Assembly: GCA_033764955.1 (NCBI GenBank) | Contig: JANRIL010000019.1 | Coordinates: 32,001-96,000 of the forward strand | Direction: 5' to 3' | Source of the DNA: Cyanobacteriota bacterium | Lineage (GTDB): Bacteria > Cyanobacteriota > Cyanobacteriia > Thermostichales > Thermostichaceae | Length of the DNA stretch: 64,000 bases | Part shown: piece after piece, positions 8,922 through 20,905 of the stretch | How positions within the stretch are numbered: position 1 is the stretch's first letter | Layout: every line of letters begins with the position of its first letter | Program-made: the position numbers and the translations under genes | The notes under the pieces: model-generated | What the model was told of the DNA's origin: nothing | Databases searched by the model: none | The model's input: the letters and a program-made list of their open reading frames with translations, nothing else

Positions 8922-10859
8922 TTAGGGATCCCTTTCGGCTAACTCCATCCAGCGTTCTGTTGAGCTATCGATGGAATGGCTTAACTCGGCTAGTCGCTGA
9001 GACAAGGTTTGGAGTTCGGTATAGTCTGTGGGCGGATGATCGTAGAGAGTAGCTTCAATCCGAGCTTTTTCGGCCTCCATTTCAGGAATACGGATTTCTA
9101 GCGCCTCATATTCTCGTTTCTCTTTGTAGGAAAGTTTGCCAGATGAAACAGGTTTTACAGTCTTTTGTAAAGGTGAGGAACTAGTCCCTTTCTCCGGATC
9201 CACCAGCTTACTACTGGTCTGGGGGTTACTGGATTGGAGATTGTTAATGACTTGAGTCTGTTGATAGTCTAAATAAATCGAATAGTTTCCTGGATACTGT
9301 CGAATATATCCATCGGATTCAAAAGCAAAAATAGTATCGACGGTGCGATCTAAAAAATAGCGATCATGAGAGACAACAATAACACACCCATTAAAATCTT
9401 CGAGATAGTCTTCTAAGACTGCCAAAGTTTGTACATCCAGATCGTTGGTGGGTTCATCCAAAATTAAGACATTGGGGGCACTCATCAAAACCTGTAAAAG
9501 AAAAAGTCTGCGTTTTTCCCCGCCGGATAGTTTTTCGATAGGGGCATATTGTTGATTGGGTGGAAACAAAAAACGCTCTAACATTTGAGATGCAGTAATT
9601 ACACTGCCATCCGCTGTTTTAACCAATTCGGCAATACTCTTTAAGTAATCAATTACTCTTTGCTTAGGGTTAAGATGCAGTTCATCGGAATGCTGGTTAA
9701 AATAGCCGATTTGGATGGTGGATCCCACTTCAATCTGACCGCTATCGGGCAGTATTTTTTGGGTGATCATATCCATCAATGTTGATTTGCCGACCCCATT
9801 CGGGCCAATGATGCCAATGCGATCTTCGGGATGAAAGAGATAGGAAAAATTATGGATGAGGGTACGATCGACAAAGGATTTGCTGATGTTATGAATTTCA
9901 ATTACTTTCTTGCCAATACGTCGTCCGGCTGTGGTGATTTCTACTTTGCCTTGTACCTGCTTGAACTCCTGATTTTGCATGGCTCGAATCCGTTCAATTC
10001 GGGCTTTCTGTTTCGTACTTCGGGCTTTGGGGCCTCGCTTCAACCATTCCAACTCTCGCCGTAAAACCCCCGTATGTTTATGTTGACTGCTAATTTGAGA
10101 AATGGTGGCTTCTGCTTTTTTTTCGAGATAATAAGCATAGTTGCCGGCATAATGATAAAGATCCCCCTGATCAATTTCTAAAATGCGGTTGGTGACGCGA
10201 TCCAAGAAATAGCGATCATGGGTAATTAAGAGCAATGCCCCTCGATAACGGCTGAGATAATCCTGTAGCCACTCCACCGAGAGGGCATCCAGGTGGTTGG
10301 TGGGTTCATCCATCAATAAAACATCGGGATCCGATAAAAGGGCAGCGGCTAAGGCTATCCGTTTGCGATATCCCCCCGACAGGTGACGAATTTGGGCTTG
10401 GATGTCTTGGATCCCCAGGCGAGTCAGAACAATTTTGGCTTGGGTTTCTAACTCCCAGGCTCCTAACCCCTCGATTCGCTGCGAGAGGTTGGATAAGCGA
10501 GCCATCAAAGGTTCGGGATCCCCTTGTTGATGGGCAAGCTGGTGAGAAACCGCTTCATACTCCCGCACCAACGCCATCGCTTCTCCACTATCCGCAAACA
10601 CCTGTTCCAAAACGGTCAGGTTGTCATCCAGATCGGGCTGTTGAGGCAAATAGACAATCTTGGCGGCACTATTCGTCCACATCTCTCCAGTATCAATGGA
10701 TTCCAAGCCAGCCATCATTTTGAGCAGGGTGGATTTACCGGATCCATTGGTGCCGATCAAGCCGACTTTATCCCCCGGTGCAAGGCTAAAACTTGCATTC
10801 TTGAGAATCGGCTTGATTCCAAAATCTTTGCTTACGGAGTGCAGCGTCAAAAGAGCCAT
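8922..10859 (-). CDS. ABC-F family ATPase (Uup-like)
   Basis: Two ABC domains (GTNGSGKST/LSGG/DEPTNHLD and GPNGVGKST/LSGGEKRR/DEPTNDLD), no TM segments, C-terminal coiled coil KLSYKEKRE...ERWMEL. Confidence 0.93.
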   Translation of the reverse strand: MALLTLHSVSKDFGIKPILKNASFSLAPGDKVGLIGTNGSGKSTLLKMMAGLESIDTGEMWTNSAAKIVYLPQQPDLDDNLTVLEQVFADSGEAMALVREYEAVSHQLAHQQGDPEPLMARLSNLSQRIEGLGAWELETQAKIVLTRLGIQDIQAQIRHLSGGYRKRIALAAALLSDPDVLLMDEPTNHLDALSVEWLQDYLSRYRGALLLITHDRYFLDRVTNRILEIDQGDLYHYAGNYAYYLEKKAEATISQISSQHKHTGVLRRELEWLKRGPKARSTKQKARIERIRAMQNQEFKQVQGKVEITTAGRRIGKKVIEIHNISKSFVDRTLIHNFSYLFHPEDRIGIIGPNGVGKSTLMDMITQKILPDSGQIEVGSTIQIGYFNQHSDELHLNPKQRVIDYLKSIAELVKTADGSVITASQMLERFLFPPNQQYAPIEKLSGGEKRRLFLLQVLMSAPNVLILDEPTNDLDVQTLAVLEDYLEDFNGCVIVVSHDRYFLDRTVDTIFAFESDGYIRQYPGNYSIYLDYQQTQVINNLQSSNPQTSSKLVDPEKGTSSSPLQKTVKPVSSGKLSYKEKREYEALEIRIPEMEAEKARIEATLYDHPPTDYTELQTLSQRLAELSHSIDSSTERWMELAERDP

Positions 10860-10956
10860 GAATTGGGGGTGCTATCCTTGCGAACTCTAGTCTAACCTGA
10901 TGGGATCCGGCTGTTGGCTCAGGTACCATGAGAGGATGCGCCAAGGCTGATTCTAA

Positions 10957-11265
10957 GGGGCGTGTCGATAAATCAAGCGAGGGATTTTGGCTGGTGACTT
11001 TGTGTAGTTTATGAGATCTCTAAGGAGATAAATCATAAAGACAGTAATGGGTCAGCAGGGATTTTGGGATCTAGAGAAACGAAAAGAAAAGCTTACAGAA
11101 CAGAAAGACGTGCTTTTGCGTTGGAAGGGAATGATTCCGTGGGAGAAATTTTGCCGAGAGTTGGAGAGTATTTATCAAAAAACACATAAAAGTCTAGCAG
11201 GTCGCAAGTCAATTGAGGTGATTAGATGGAGTGGGGTAATTGAGTCAATTCACAATTCCTTGTGA
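10957..11265 (+). mobile_element. IS5-family insertion sequence remnant (left end plus truncated transposase)
   Basis: ORF 11047-11265 (MGQQGFWD...LKGM-like IPWEKF...SLAGRKSI) resembles the N-terminus of cyanobacterial IS5 transposases, then loses similarity. The putative left end GGGGCGTGTCGATAA at 10957 is preceded by CTAA, a YTAR-type target. Confidence 0.7.
11047..11265 (+). pseudogene. Truncated IS5-family transposase (N-terminal fragment only)
   Basis: 72 aa with no DDE catalytic region before the stop codon. Confidence 0.7.
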
Positions 11266-11307
11266 GCAAAGCGTTCTGAGTTTTTATACAGTCTCCCCTT
11301 GGTACCC

Positions 11308-11371
11308 ACGGTACAGAGGTTATCGGTGGGTGTTCGAGGGGATCTGCCGCCGCTGCGCTTTGCTGTTATGC
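11308..11371 (-). other. Truncated integron attC-like recombination site (left arm only)
   Basis: Minus strand reads GCATAAC-AGCAAAGCGCAGCGGCGGCAGAT...CTCTGTACCGT and then breaks off. The matching right arm (CCGCTG...GTTRRRY) is absent. Confidence 0.45.
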
Positions 11372-11492
11372 CCCTCAGTTAGCAGGAGATAAGCATAAGA
11401 GACATTACTTGAGTTATCCTAGCCGAGACAATAAGAGAAAACTTCAGCTCCGCCCAGTCCATGCATAGTCGGTAGCGAGTGGGAAATCTTGA

Positions 11493-12041
11493 TTAATAGA
11501 CCAGACATCTATCGAGTTTGTAGAGGGCTAGCTCGGTTTGGTAGTAAAGGGTGGTGTTTCCAATAAACTGCATGTGCAAACGCTGCATCACCCGTAACGA
11601 AGCAGTGTTGTCGGGGTTAGCCACAGCAAAAATAGTAGGGAGACGGAGTTGCTCAAAGCCATAGTGCAGGAGGGCGCGAGCGGCTTCCGTGGCATAGCCA
11701 CATCCCCAGGCAGAACGTTTGAGATGCCAGCCAACTTCAAACTGTGAGGTGGGCTGATCCTGAGCATCCCGCAATGGAATTAAGATCCCTGTCCCGATCA
11801 AGGTGGAGTCTGCCTTGAGTTGAATCGCCCAAAATCCGCATCCTTGCCCCCATTGAGCCGCTTTTTGGTTCCAGCGATCTAAAACCTGCCATGCTTCGCT
11901 GAGGGTTGTGATTTTTGTCATCAAAAATCGCGTCACTTCTGGATCTCCATAAATGGAGAGGGCATGCATAGCGTCCCTGTCCGGCTGCCACGATCGAAGA
12001 ATCAGCCGTTGCGTTTCTGCCAAGATAGAGGGATCCTTCAT
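11493..12041 (-). CDS. GNAT family N-acetyltransferase (RimJ/RimL-like)
   Basis: ETQRLILRSW, EVGWHLKRSAWGCGYATEAA, NTASLRVMQRL. Confidence 0.9.
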   Translation of the reverse strand: MKDPSILAETQRLILRSWQPDRDAMHALSIYGDPEVTRFLMTKITTLSEAWQVLDRWNQKAAQWGQGCGFWAIQLKADSTLIGTGILIPLRDAQDQPTSQFEVGWHLKRSAWGCGYATEAARALLHYGFEQLRLPTIFAVANPDNTASLRVMQRLHMQFIGNTTLYYQTELALYKLDRCLVY

Positions 12042-12271
12042 CGCCTTACTTTTTCTCACTATGTTCAGTCTCACCCTGCCAACCAGGGGGAGGATCCTAA
12101 GCTACCCCTTAAATCCGCTTTTCGGGCAAGCCACACGGATCCTGATATTCATCGTAGGATAGGGTTTTGGTGGGCTGTCCCCTCCACTTCATCCCTACAG
12201 TTTCTATCCCCGACCTTTCACCTAGAGGGATTGACCAGGTTCTTTTTATCATCATCTGTAGCGCAGGCAGC

Positions 12272-12979
12272 ATGAAAACCAGCCCATTAAAACCCCTGAT
12301 TGTGGCGCATCGAGGAGGAAAAAGCGGGATCCCAGAAAATTCTCTGGCCGCCTTTGCTTGGGCGATTGAGGTGGGAGCTGAGATGATCGAGTTTGATGTG
12401 CGGCAGACCAAGGATGGCGTACTGGTCGTTCATCATGATGCGGCGTTAGCGGAGTACCCGGAACAACCGATTCAATCCTTGACCTATGAACAGATTGGCC
12501 ACCTTCATCCCCTCCCGACACTACAAGAAGTGCTGCAATCTACCGCCGGAAAAATTCAATTGGATATTGAACTGAAAGAGACTGGAAGTGAGATTCAAGC
12601 TAGCCAGATGGCACTCCATTATTGTTCACCCGAAGATTTCTTAATCACTTCTTTTTTGGACTCTGTGATAGCAGGTGTGAAAAGGGAATTTCCCTCCATC
12701 TATACAGGACTCCTGTTAGAAACCAACCGGGATCCCTGGTTGCGCTACCAACAGACCCAAGCGGATTTTTTGCTGCCCCATTGGAGCCTGTTTGAAAATG
12801 GATGTTTTCCCGCCCAATGGGATCACCCGCAGATCCGTTATTGGGTATGGACGGTGAATCAGAGAGAACCGTTCCAGCAGTTTCTTGCTCATCCCCAGGT
12901 GGTTGGCATTATCACCGATTATCCACAATTGGCTTTAGAGTGGCGTCAACAACAGCAAGGGATCCCGCTATCTCTTTAG
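12272..12979 (+). CDS. Glycerophosphodiester phosphodiesterase
   Basis: IVAHRGG, PENSLAAF, IEFDVRQTKDGVLVVHHD, IELK, WTVN, GIITDYP. Confidence 0.92.
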   Translation: MKTSPLKPLIVAHRGGKSGIPENSLAAFAWAIEVGAEMIEFDVRQTKDGVLVVHHDAALAEYPEQPIQSLTYEQIGHLHPLPTLQEVLQSTAGKIQLDIELKETGSEIQASQMALHYCSPEDFLITSFLDSVIAGVKREFPSIYTGLLLETNRDPWLRYQQTQADFLLPHWSLFENGCFPAQWDHPQIRYWVWTVNQREPFQQFLAHPQVVGIITDYPQLALEWRQQQQGIPLSL

Positions 12980-13011
12980 GTTGAGTTCTTCTAGTTTTAA
13001 TGGGTTGATTT

Positions 13012-14649
13012 ATGAAAATTGCCCTTTTGCAGCTCAACCCGATTGTGGGGGATCTGGTGGGAAATGCCCAGATGATTGAAAAGGCGGTGCAGCAGGCGGC
13101 TAGCCTGGGGGCGGATCTGGCGATCACCTCTGAATTGGCTTTGCTGGGGTATCCTCCTCGTGATTTACTGCTCTATCCCGACTTTGTGCATCGGGCAACC
13201 CAAAGGCTGGGGCAATTGGCCGATAGCTTGCGGGAGAGCATTCCGCTCGTGGTGGGAACGGTGCAACCCAATCCCGCCCCAGAGGGACGAGCGTTGTTTA
13301 ATGGAGCGGCTTGGTTAGAAGCCGGAGAGATCCGCCATTGGATTCATAAAAGTCTATTGCCAACCTATGATGTCTTTGATGAAGATCGCTATTTTGAACC
13401 CGCTCAGCAACGGGAGCCGATCCGGTTTCGGGGTCGCCAACTGGGTTTTAGCATCTGTGAAGATGTTTGGAATGACCGAGATTTTTGGCAGCACCGCCGC
13501 TACAAGATGGATCCGATTGAAGAGATGTCGGCAGCAGGGGCGGATGTTTTGATTAACCTCTCAGCCTCCCCCTTTAGCGTGGGCAAACAAACCCTGCGGG
13601 TCAAGATGCTGAGTGCGCTGGCTCGCAAGCATCATCTGTCGGTGGTTTATGTCAATCAGGTGGGGGGAAATGATGATTTGATCTTTGATGGCGCTAGCTT
13701 TGTGCTGGATCCCGCTGGAGAGGTGATCGCTCAGGCACCTGCCTTTCAGCCGGATGTGGTCTGTGTAGATTTGGAGCAACCCGCCCCCCCTAGTCTGCCC
13801 GCTATCTGGCCCACCAGTACCCCCGCCGAATTGTTTCAAGCCCTCGTTTTGGGAACCCGCGATTACGTTTTCAAGTGTGGCTTCCGGCAGGTGTTGTTGG
13901 GCTTGTCGGGGGGAATTGACTCGGCGGTGACAGCGGTGATCGCCGTAGAAGCCCTGGGATCCGCCAATGTTTTGGGGGTATTGATGCCTTCCCCCTATTC
14001 CAGCCCCAGCAGTCTCACGGATGCTCAGGCATTAGCGGAGGCGTTAGGGATCCCCACCTACACCTTGCCCATTGCCCCGATGATGCAGGCATTTGAACAG
14101 GTCTTAGCCCAGCCGTTAGCCGGATTTCCGCCCGACATCACGGAAGAGAACTTGCAATCCCGCATCCGTGGCACCACCCTGATGGCGCTCTCCAATAAAT
14201 TGGGGCACATGCTGCTGACCACGGGTAACAAGTCAGAACTCGCCGTCGGCTACTGCACCATCTATGGAGATATGTCCGGTGGCTTGGCGGTGATCTCGGA
14301 TGTGCCCAAAACCCAGGTTTATCAGTTGGCCGAGTGGATTAACCGCCACCAGCAGGTCATCCCCACCTCCACCCTGACCAAACCCCCTTCTGCGGAATTG
14401 CGTCCTGACCAACGGGATAGCGACAGTTTGCCCGCCTATGAGGTGTTGGACGCGATTTTGAGCCGCCATATTGAACAGCACCAATCCCATGATCAGTTAG
14501 TCGCCGCCGGATTTGACACGGAAACGGTGCAGAAAGTCTTACGACTGGTGAAAATAGCCGAGTTTAAGCGCCATCAAGCCGCTCCCGGTCTGCGGGTCAC
14601 AGATCGCGCTTTTGGCACAGGCTGGCGAATGCCGATTGCCCGCCGCTAG
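13012..14649 (+). CDS. nadE: Glutamine-dependent NAD+ synthetase
   Basis: N-terminal nitrilase-like domain (KSLLPTYDVFDEDRYF, ICEDVW) plus synthetase domain (GLSGGIDS, ENLQSRIRG, TGNKSE, KPPSAEL). Confidence 0.96.
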   Translation: MKIALLQLNPIVGDLVGNAQMIEKAVQQAASLGADLAITSELALLGYPPRDLLLYPDFVHRATQRLGQLADSLRESIPLVVGTVQPNPAPEGRALFNGAAWLEAGEIRHWIHKSLLPTYDVFDEDRYFEPAQQREPIRFRGRQLGFSICEDVWNDRDFWQHRRYKMDPIEEMSAAGADVLINLSASPFSVGKQTLRVKMLSALARKHHLSVVYVNQVGGNDDLIFDGASFVLDPAGEVIAQAPAFQPDVVCVDLEQPAPPSLPAIWPTSTPAELFQALVLGTRDYVFKCGFRQVLLGLSGGIDSAVTAVIAVEALGSANVLGVLMPSPYSSPSSLTDAQALAEALGIPTYTLPIAPMMQAFEQVLAQPLAGFPPDITEENLQSRIRGTTLMALSNKLGHMLLTTGNKSELAVGYCTIYGDMSGGLAVISDVPKTQVYQLAEWINRHQQVIPTSTLTKPPSAELRPDQRDSDSLPAYEVLDAILSRHIEQHQSHDQLVAAGFDTETVQKVLRLVKIAEFKRHQAAPGLRVTDRAFGTGWRMPIARR

Positions 14650-14712
14650 CGGACTCCATCCCCAGGAGTAAGGGGAAGCACCAGAAACCAGTAGAAACTA
14701 GAAACCAGTAAG

Positions 14713-14738
14713 AAAAAAGGGTGACCGAGGCCACCCTT
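14713..14738 (-). terminator. Rho-independent terminator of apcE
   Basis: Minus strand AAGGGTGGCC-TC-GGTCACCCTT followed by a T tract, about 30 nt after the apcE stop. Confidence 0.75.
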
Positions 14739-14765
14739 AGAGCATGAGCGTACTTGGGTTATCCC

Positions 14766-17459
<2,694 letters not shown>

Positions 17460-17612
17460 CTAAAGCTCCGTTGTTATCAAAACTGTACAAAATCAGACAT
17501 AAAAAACGTGATTCCCAGTCCAGGTTATGCAATCCTGCGACCAACCTGCTCAAGGATCCCCTAAGCTCTGGTCAAACTTAGAATACTAGGGTGCGGGATC
17601 CCTTGTGAGGGC

Positions 17613-17630
17613 TTTGTTGCAAGTTGTAAC
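17613..17630 (-). promoter_or_regulatory. Possible HLR1 (RpaB) direct repeat upstream of apcE
   Basis: Minus strand GTTACAAC-TT-GCAACAAA, an imperfect 8-2-8 repeat of KTTACAWW. Confidence 0.35.
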
Positions 17631-17718
17631 ACTGTTCCTCAGATTGGTTAGGGATTGGGCTAGGGATGCCGGCGAGCTGGATTTTGTGGGATAGTTGGGG
17701 CGAGAGCAGAATCAACCT

Positions 17719-18774
17719 ATGCAGATTGAGTTTGAACCGTTTACCCTCCATAAGCGGCATGTGCTAACGATTAGTCGGGGCAGCAGCAGCCAAAACACCA
17801 ATGTCTGGGTTCGTGTGGAGGCGGAGGGAATTGAGGGGTGGGGAGAAGCCTGTCCTTTTGCGGTGGATCGGCAGGAACAAGGCCTGGACTCCTTGTTGGC
17901 AGCTTTGTCGGTATGTCAAAGCCTGTTAAGTGACTATACCCCTTGGCAACGGCAACGGATCGAGCAGATGTTGGGGGAACAGCAGATCCCGTCGGCGGTG
18001 CGGGCTGCTCTCGATATGGCGCTCTACGATTGGCTGGGCAAGCGAACTGCTACTCCCCTTTGGCAACTGTGGGGATTCGATATCCATCGGATCCCTGTAA
18101 CAACCGTGACGATTGGTATTAGTGAGCCGGAGGTAGCTCAACAACGTGCCCTGGCCTGGATGGAGCAGATCCCTGGCCTGCAAGCCTTTAAGGTGAAGCT
18201 GGGTAGCTCGGTGGGGATAGAAGCTGACCAAAATATGTTGATCGCCATCCAGGAGGTAATTCCGATTGGCAGTTTGCTGACGGTGGATGCCAATGGCGGT
18301 TGGATGGTGGAGGATGCCCTCAGCATGTGTCAGTGGTTAGCAGGACAGGGGGTAGCCTATGTGGAACAACCCCTGGAGAAAGGCAAGGAAGCTGGCTTAA
18401 TTACCCTTTGGCATCAATCTCCTCTGCCGATCTTTGTGGATGAAAGTTGTTGGGAGAGTCTGGATATTCCTCCCCTCAAGGATCGGATTCATGGCATCAA
18501 TATCAAGCTGATGAAGTCGGGGGGGCTAACGGAGGCGCTACGGATGATTCACACAGCGCGGGCGGAGGGCTTGCAGGTGATGATGGGCTGCTATGGCAAC
18601 AGTGCCCTCGCCAATACCGCAGCCGCTCATCTGACTCCCCTTCTAGATTATGTGGATCTGGATAGTCATCTGAATGTGGTGGATGATCCGTTTACGGGAG
18701 CCACCCTAGAACAGGGCTGTTTAATACCCAGCACAGAGCCGGGATTGGGGGTGAGGCGTGTTGATCCAGCCTGA
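17719..18774 (+). CDS. Dipeptide epimerase / N-acetyl-D-Glu racemase-like enolase-superfamily enzyme (DgcA-like)
   Basis: GIEGWGEA, ALDMALYD, FKVKLG (KxK), VDANGGW, VEQP, VDES, INIKLMKSGG, DLD. Confidence 0.9.
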   Translation: MQIEFEPFTLHKRHVLTISRGSSSQNTNVWVRVEAEGIEGWGEACPFAVDRQEQGLDSLLAALSVCQSLLSDYTPWQRQRIEQMLGEQQIPSAVRAALDMALYDWLGKRTATPLWQLWGFDIHRIPVTTVTIGISEPEVAQQRALAWMEQIPGLQAFKVKLGSSVGIEADQNMLIAIQEVIPIGSLLTVDANGGWMVEDALSMCQWLAGQGVAYVEQPLEKGKEAGLITLWHQSPLPIFVDESCWESLDIPPLKDRIHGINIKLMKSGGLTEALRMIHTARAEGLQVMMGCYGNSALANTAAAHLTPLLDYVDLDSHLNVVDDPFTGATLEQGCLIPSTEPGLGVRRVDPA

Positions 18775-19804
18775 GAGTCGTATCGCCATTTTGTTGCACG
18801 AAGGCATCACCGGAGACAGCGGCAAAACAGGGTTAGCCCTGATTCGCTTTGGTGATTTTCCGGTGGTGGCAGTGATTGATTACACCTGTGCGGGGGGATC
18901 CCTGGCGCAGTTGGCGGGTATTGACCAATCCATTCCGATTGTGGCGTCGGTGGCAGAAGCTCTGACTTATCAGCCGCAGGTATTGGCGATTGGCATTGCG
19001 CCCTCCGGTGGGGCGTTGCCGGAGGCATGGCGGCAGGAGGTTAAAGTAGCGGTTGGGCAAGGCCTATCTATCATGAATGGCTTGCACACCGAGATGGCTC
19101 AGGATCCTGAGTTGCAAGCCCTCCTGTGGCCTGGGCAATGGATTTGGGATATTCGCCGTGAACCGACTGGCTTATCGGTGGGCACAGCCCGGGCGCGCTT
19201 ACTCCCCTGTCGGCGGGTGTTAACGGTGGGCACAGACATGAGTGTAGGAAAAATGTCAGCCAGCCTACAGCTTCACCAGGCGGCTCGGCAGCGGGGCTTA
19301 AAATCCAAGTTTCTCGCCACTGGACAGACGGGCATTATGTTATCGGGGGAAGGGATCCCTTTGGATGCCATTCGGGTGGATTTTGCGGCGGGGGCGGTGG
19401 AACAGTTGGTGATGCGTTATGGCTATGACCACGATATCTTGCAGATCGAAGGCCAGGGATCCCTGCTTAATCCGGCTTCGACGGCTACCCTACCCCTGCT
19501 GCGGGGATGCCAACCTACCCATCTCATCCTGGTACATCGGGTCGGACAAACCACTATTAAGCGTATGGAGTATGTGCCGATTCCCCCATTGCCGGAGGTG
19601 ATTGCCCTTTACGAATCCCTGGCGCGGGCGGCGGGAGCGTTTGCCCCGGCGGCGGTGGTTGGTATTGCCCTCAACACCCATCATCTTGATCCGGCGGCGG
19701 CAGACATCGCTATTGCCAAGGTTGAGGAGGAAACCGGGATCCCTTGTACGGATGTGGTGCGCTTTGGTGGTGATCGGCTGTTGGATGCGATTTTGGCAAT
19801 CTAA
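18758..19804 (+). CDS. DUF1611 family P-loop protein (DgcN-like D-glutamate N-acetyltransferase)
   Basis: GKTG, VGTDMSVGKMSAS, ATGQTG, DFAAGAVE, EGQGSL; overlaps the epimerase gene. Confidence 0.88.
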   Translation: MLIQPESRIAILLHEGITGDSGKTGLALIRFGDFPVVAVIDYTCAGGSLAQLAGIDQSIPIVASVAEALTYQPQVLAIGIAPSGGALPEAWRQEVKVAVGQGLSIMNGLHTEMAQDPELQALLWPGQWIWDIRREPTGLSVGTARARLLPCRRVLTVGTDMSVGKMSASLQLHQAARQRGLKSKFLATGQTGIMLSGEGIPLDAIRVDFAAGAVEQLVMRYGYDHDILQIEGQGSLLNPASTATLPLLRGCQPTHLILVHRVGQTTIKRMEYVPIPPLPEVIALYESLARAAGAFAPAAVVGIALNTHHLDPAAADIAIAKVEEETGIPCTDVVRFGGDRLLDAILAI

Positions 19805-19852
19805 ATAGGGTTTTTGAAAAAATTTACACTTCGAGAGGGAGTTGGACGCCCT

Positions 19853-20905
19853 ATGCTGCATTTTTTCTGGAATGGGTATATCCCCAGCCAACGCAGCTAT
19901 TCTGTTTACGAATACTCCAACACCGAGATCGCCAAATGGGCTGAGTATTATTTGGGACAACGGATCCCCTTCCATCAATCGTTGATGGCAGCCGGAAGAG
20001 TCACCGTTCACCCCGATGATATTTTGTTAGGTCATCCCTCCTGGGACAATCGTTCCATTCAAGAGCAACAGGAAATGGGATCCCTTTTGTATGATTGGGT
20101 TCGGGATAACGCCCTCTCTTCAGAAGCGGTCTGCCATCCCAATACCTTTATTTTGATGCCTTGGGTTCCCCAATTTCCAGCCGAATGGTTAGACCGGATG
20201 CCCCATTTAGAGGCGCAGTTGCGCGTAGCTAAAAAAATCTTTGCCCTGTGTGGTTCGATTTGGATCGAGCGAACTTTCTCCGCCCGCGACGACTCTATTC
20301 AGTATGAAGTGAGGAATAAGCTAGTGCGCTGCCATATGGGGTGTGCCGCCCAAAATTTTGCTATTGTCAAAGAAAAGTTTAATCCAATTGGAGAGCGACA
20401 AATTTTGCATGTGAGCAATTTATCCTCCTATAAGGGATTTCCTATCACCTGCGAAAGTTTAATCGGCTTAGATACTCTCCTGCATGTGGCTAGCTCAATG
20501 CCAAAGGGGGCACAAGGTTTAGTAGAATATCGGAGTGAGATTGGCAGCTTATGGTTTAACTTTTTGGGATCCATTAAAAATAGTGATCCTGAGTTTAATC
20601 ACTGGGTAGCCCAAACCTGCGATTTTTATATCCACACAGCAACGATGGATGCTCAAGCCACTACAATTTTAGAAAATTGTGCGCGAGGTTTAGTGCCCTT
20701 GGTCACGCCTGAGAGTGGGTTTAGCAGTGATTATGCCATCTATCTCACCCATGATCCCGAAAAAAATAAAAGCATCATCCAGCAGGCTTTGGATATGCCA
20801 GAGAACGAATTGCGAGAACGAAGTATATTTGTTAGAAAGCAAATTGTAGAAGAGCATAATTGGCAAAAAATTTATCAGCAGATAGGTGATGAAATTCTTT
20901 GCTAA
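19853..20905 (+). CDS. Divergent GT-B fold glycosyltransferase-like protein
   Basis: C-terminal Rossmann-like motifs ILHVSNLSSYKG, FLGSI, CDFYIHTATMDAQATTILENCARGLVPLVT (D-x7-E variant of the GT4 E-x7-E), and HNWQKI. The N-terminal half is not recognisable. Confidence 0.65.
   Translation: MLHFFWNGYIPSQRSYSVYEYSNTEIAKWAEYYLGQRIPFHQSLMAAGRVTVHPDDILLGHPSWDNRSIQEQQEMGSLLYDWVRDNALSSEAVCHPNTFILMPWVPQFPAEWLDRMPHLEAQLRVAKKIFALCGSIWIERTFSARDDSIQYEVRNKLVRCHMGCAAQNFAIVKEKFNPIGERQILHVSNLSSYKGFPITCESLIGLDTLLHVASSMPKGAQGLVEYRSEIGSLWFNFLGSIKNSDPEFNHWVAQTCDFYIHTATMDAQATTILENCARGLVPLVTPESGFSSDYAIYLTHDPEKNKSIIQQALDMPENELRERSIFVRKQIVEEHNWQKIYQQIGDEILC

Noticed and set aside
14683..14712. AGAAACCAGT/AGAAACT short tandem repeat
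   Set aside because: Only about three degenerate units between convergent genes; likely slippage with no spacer structure.
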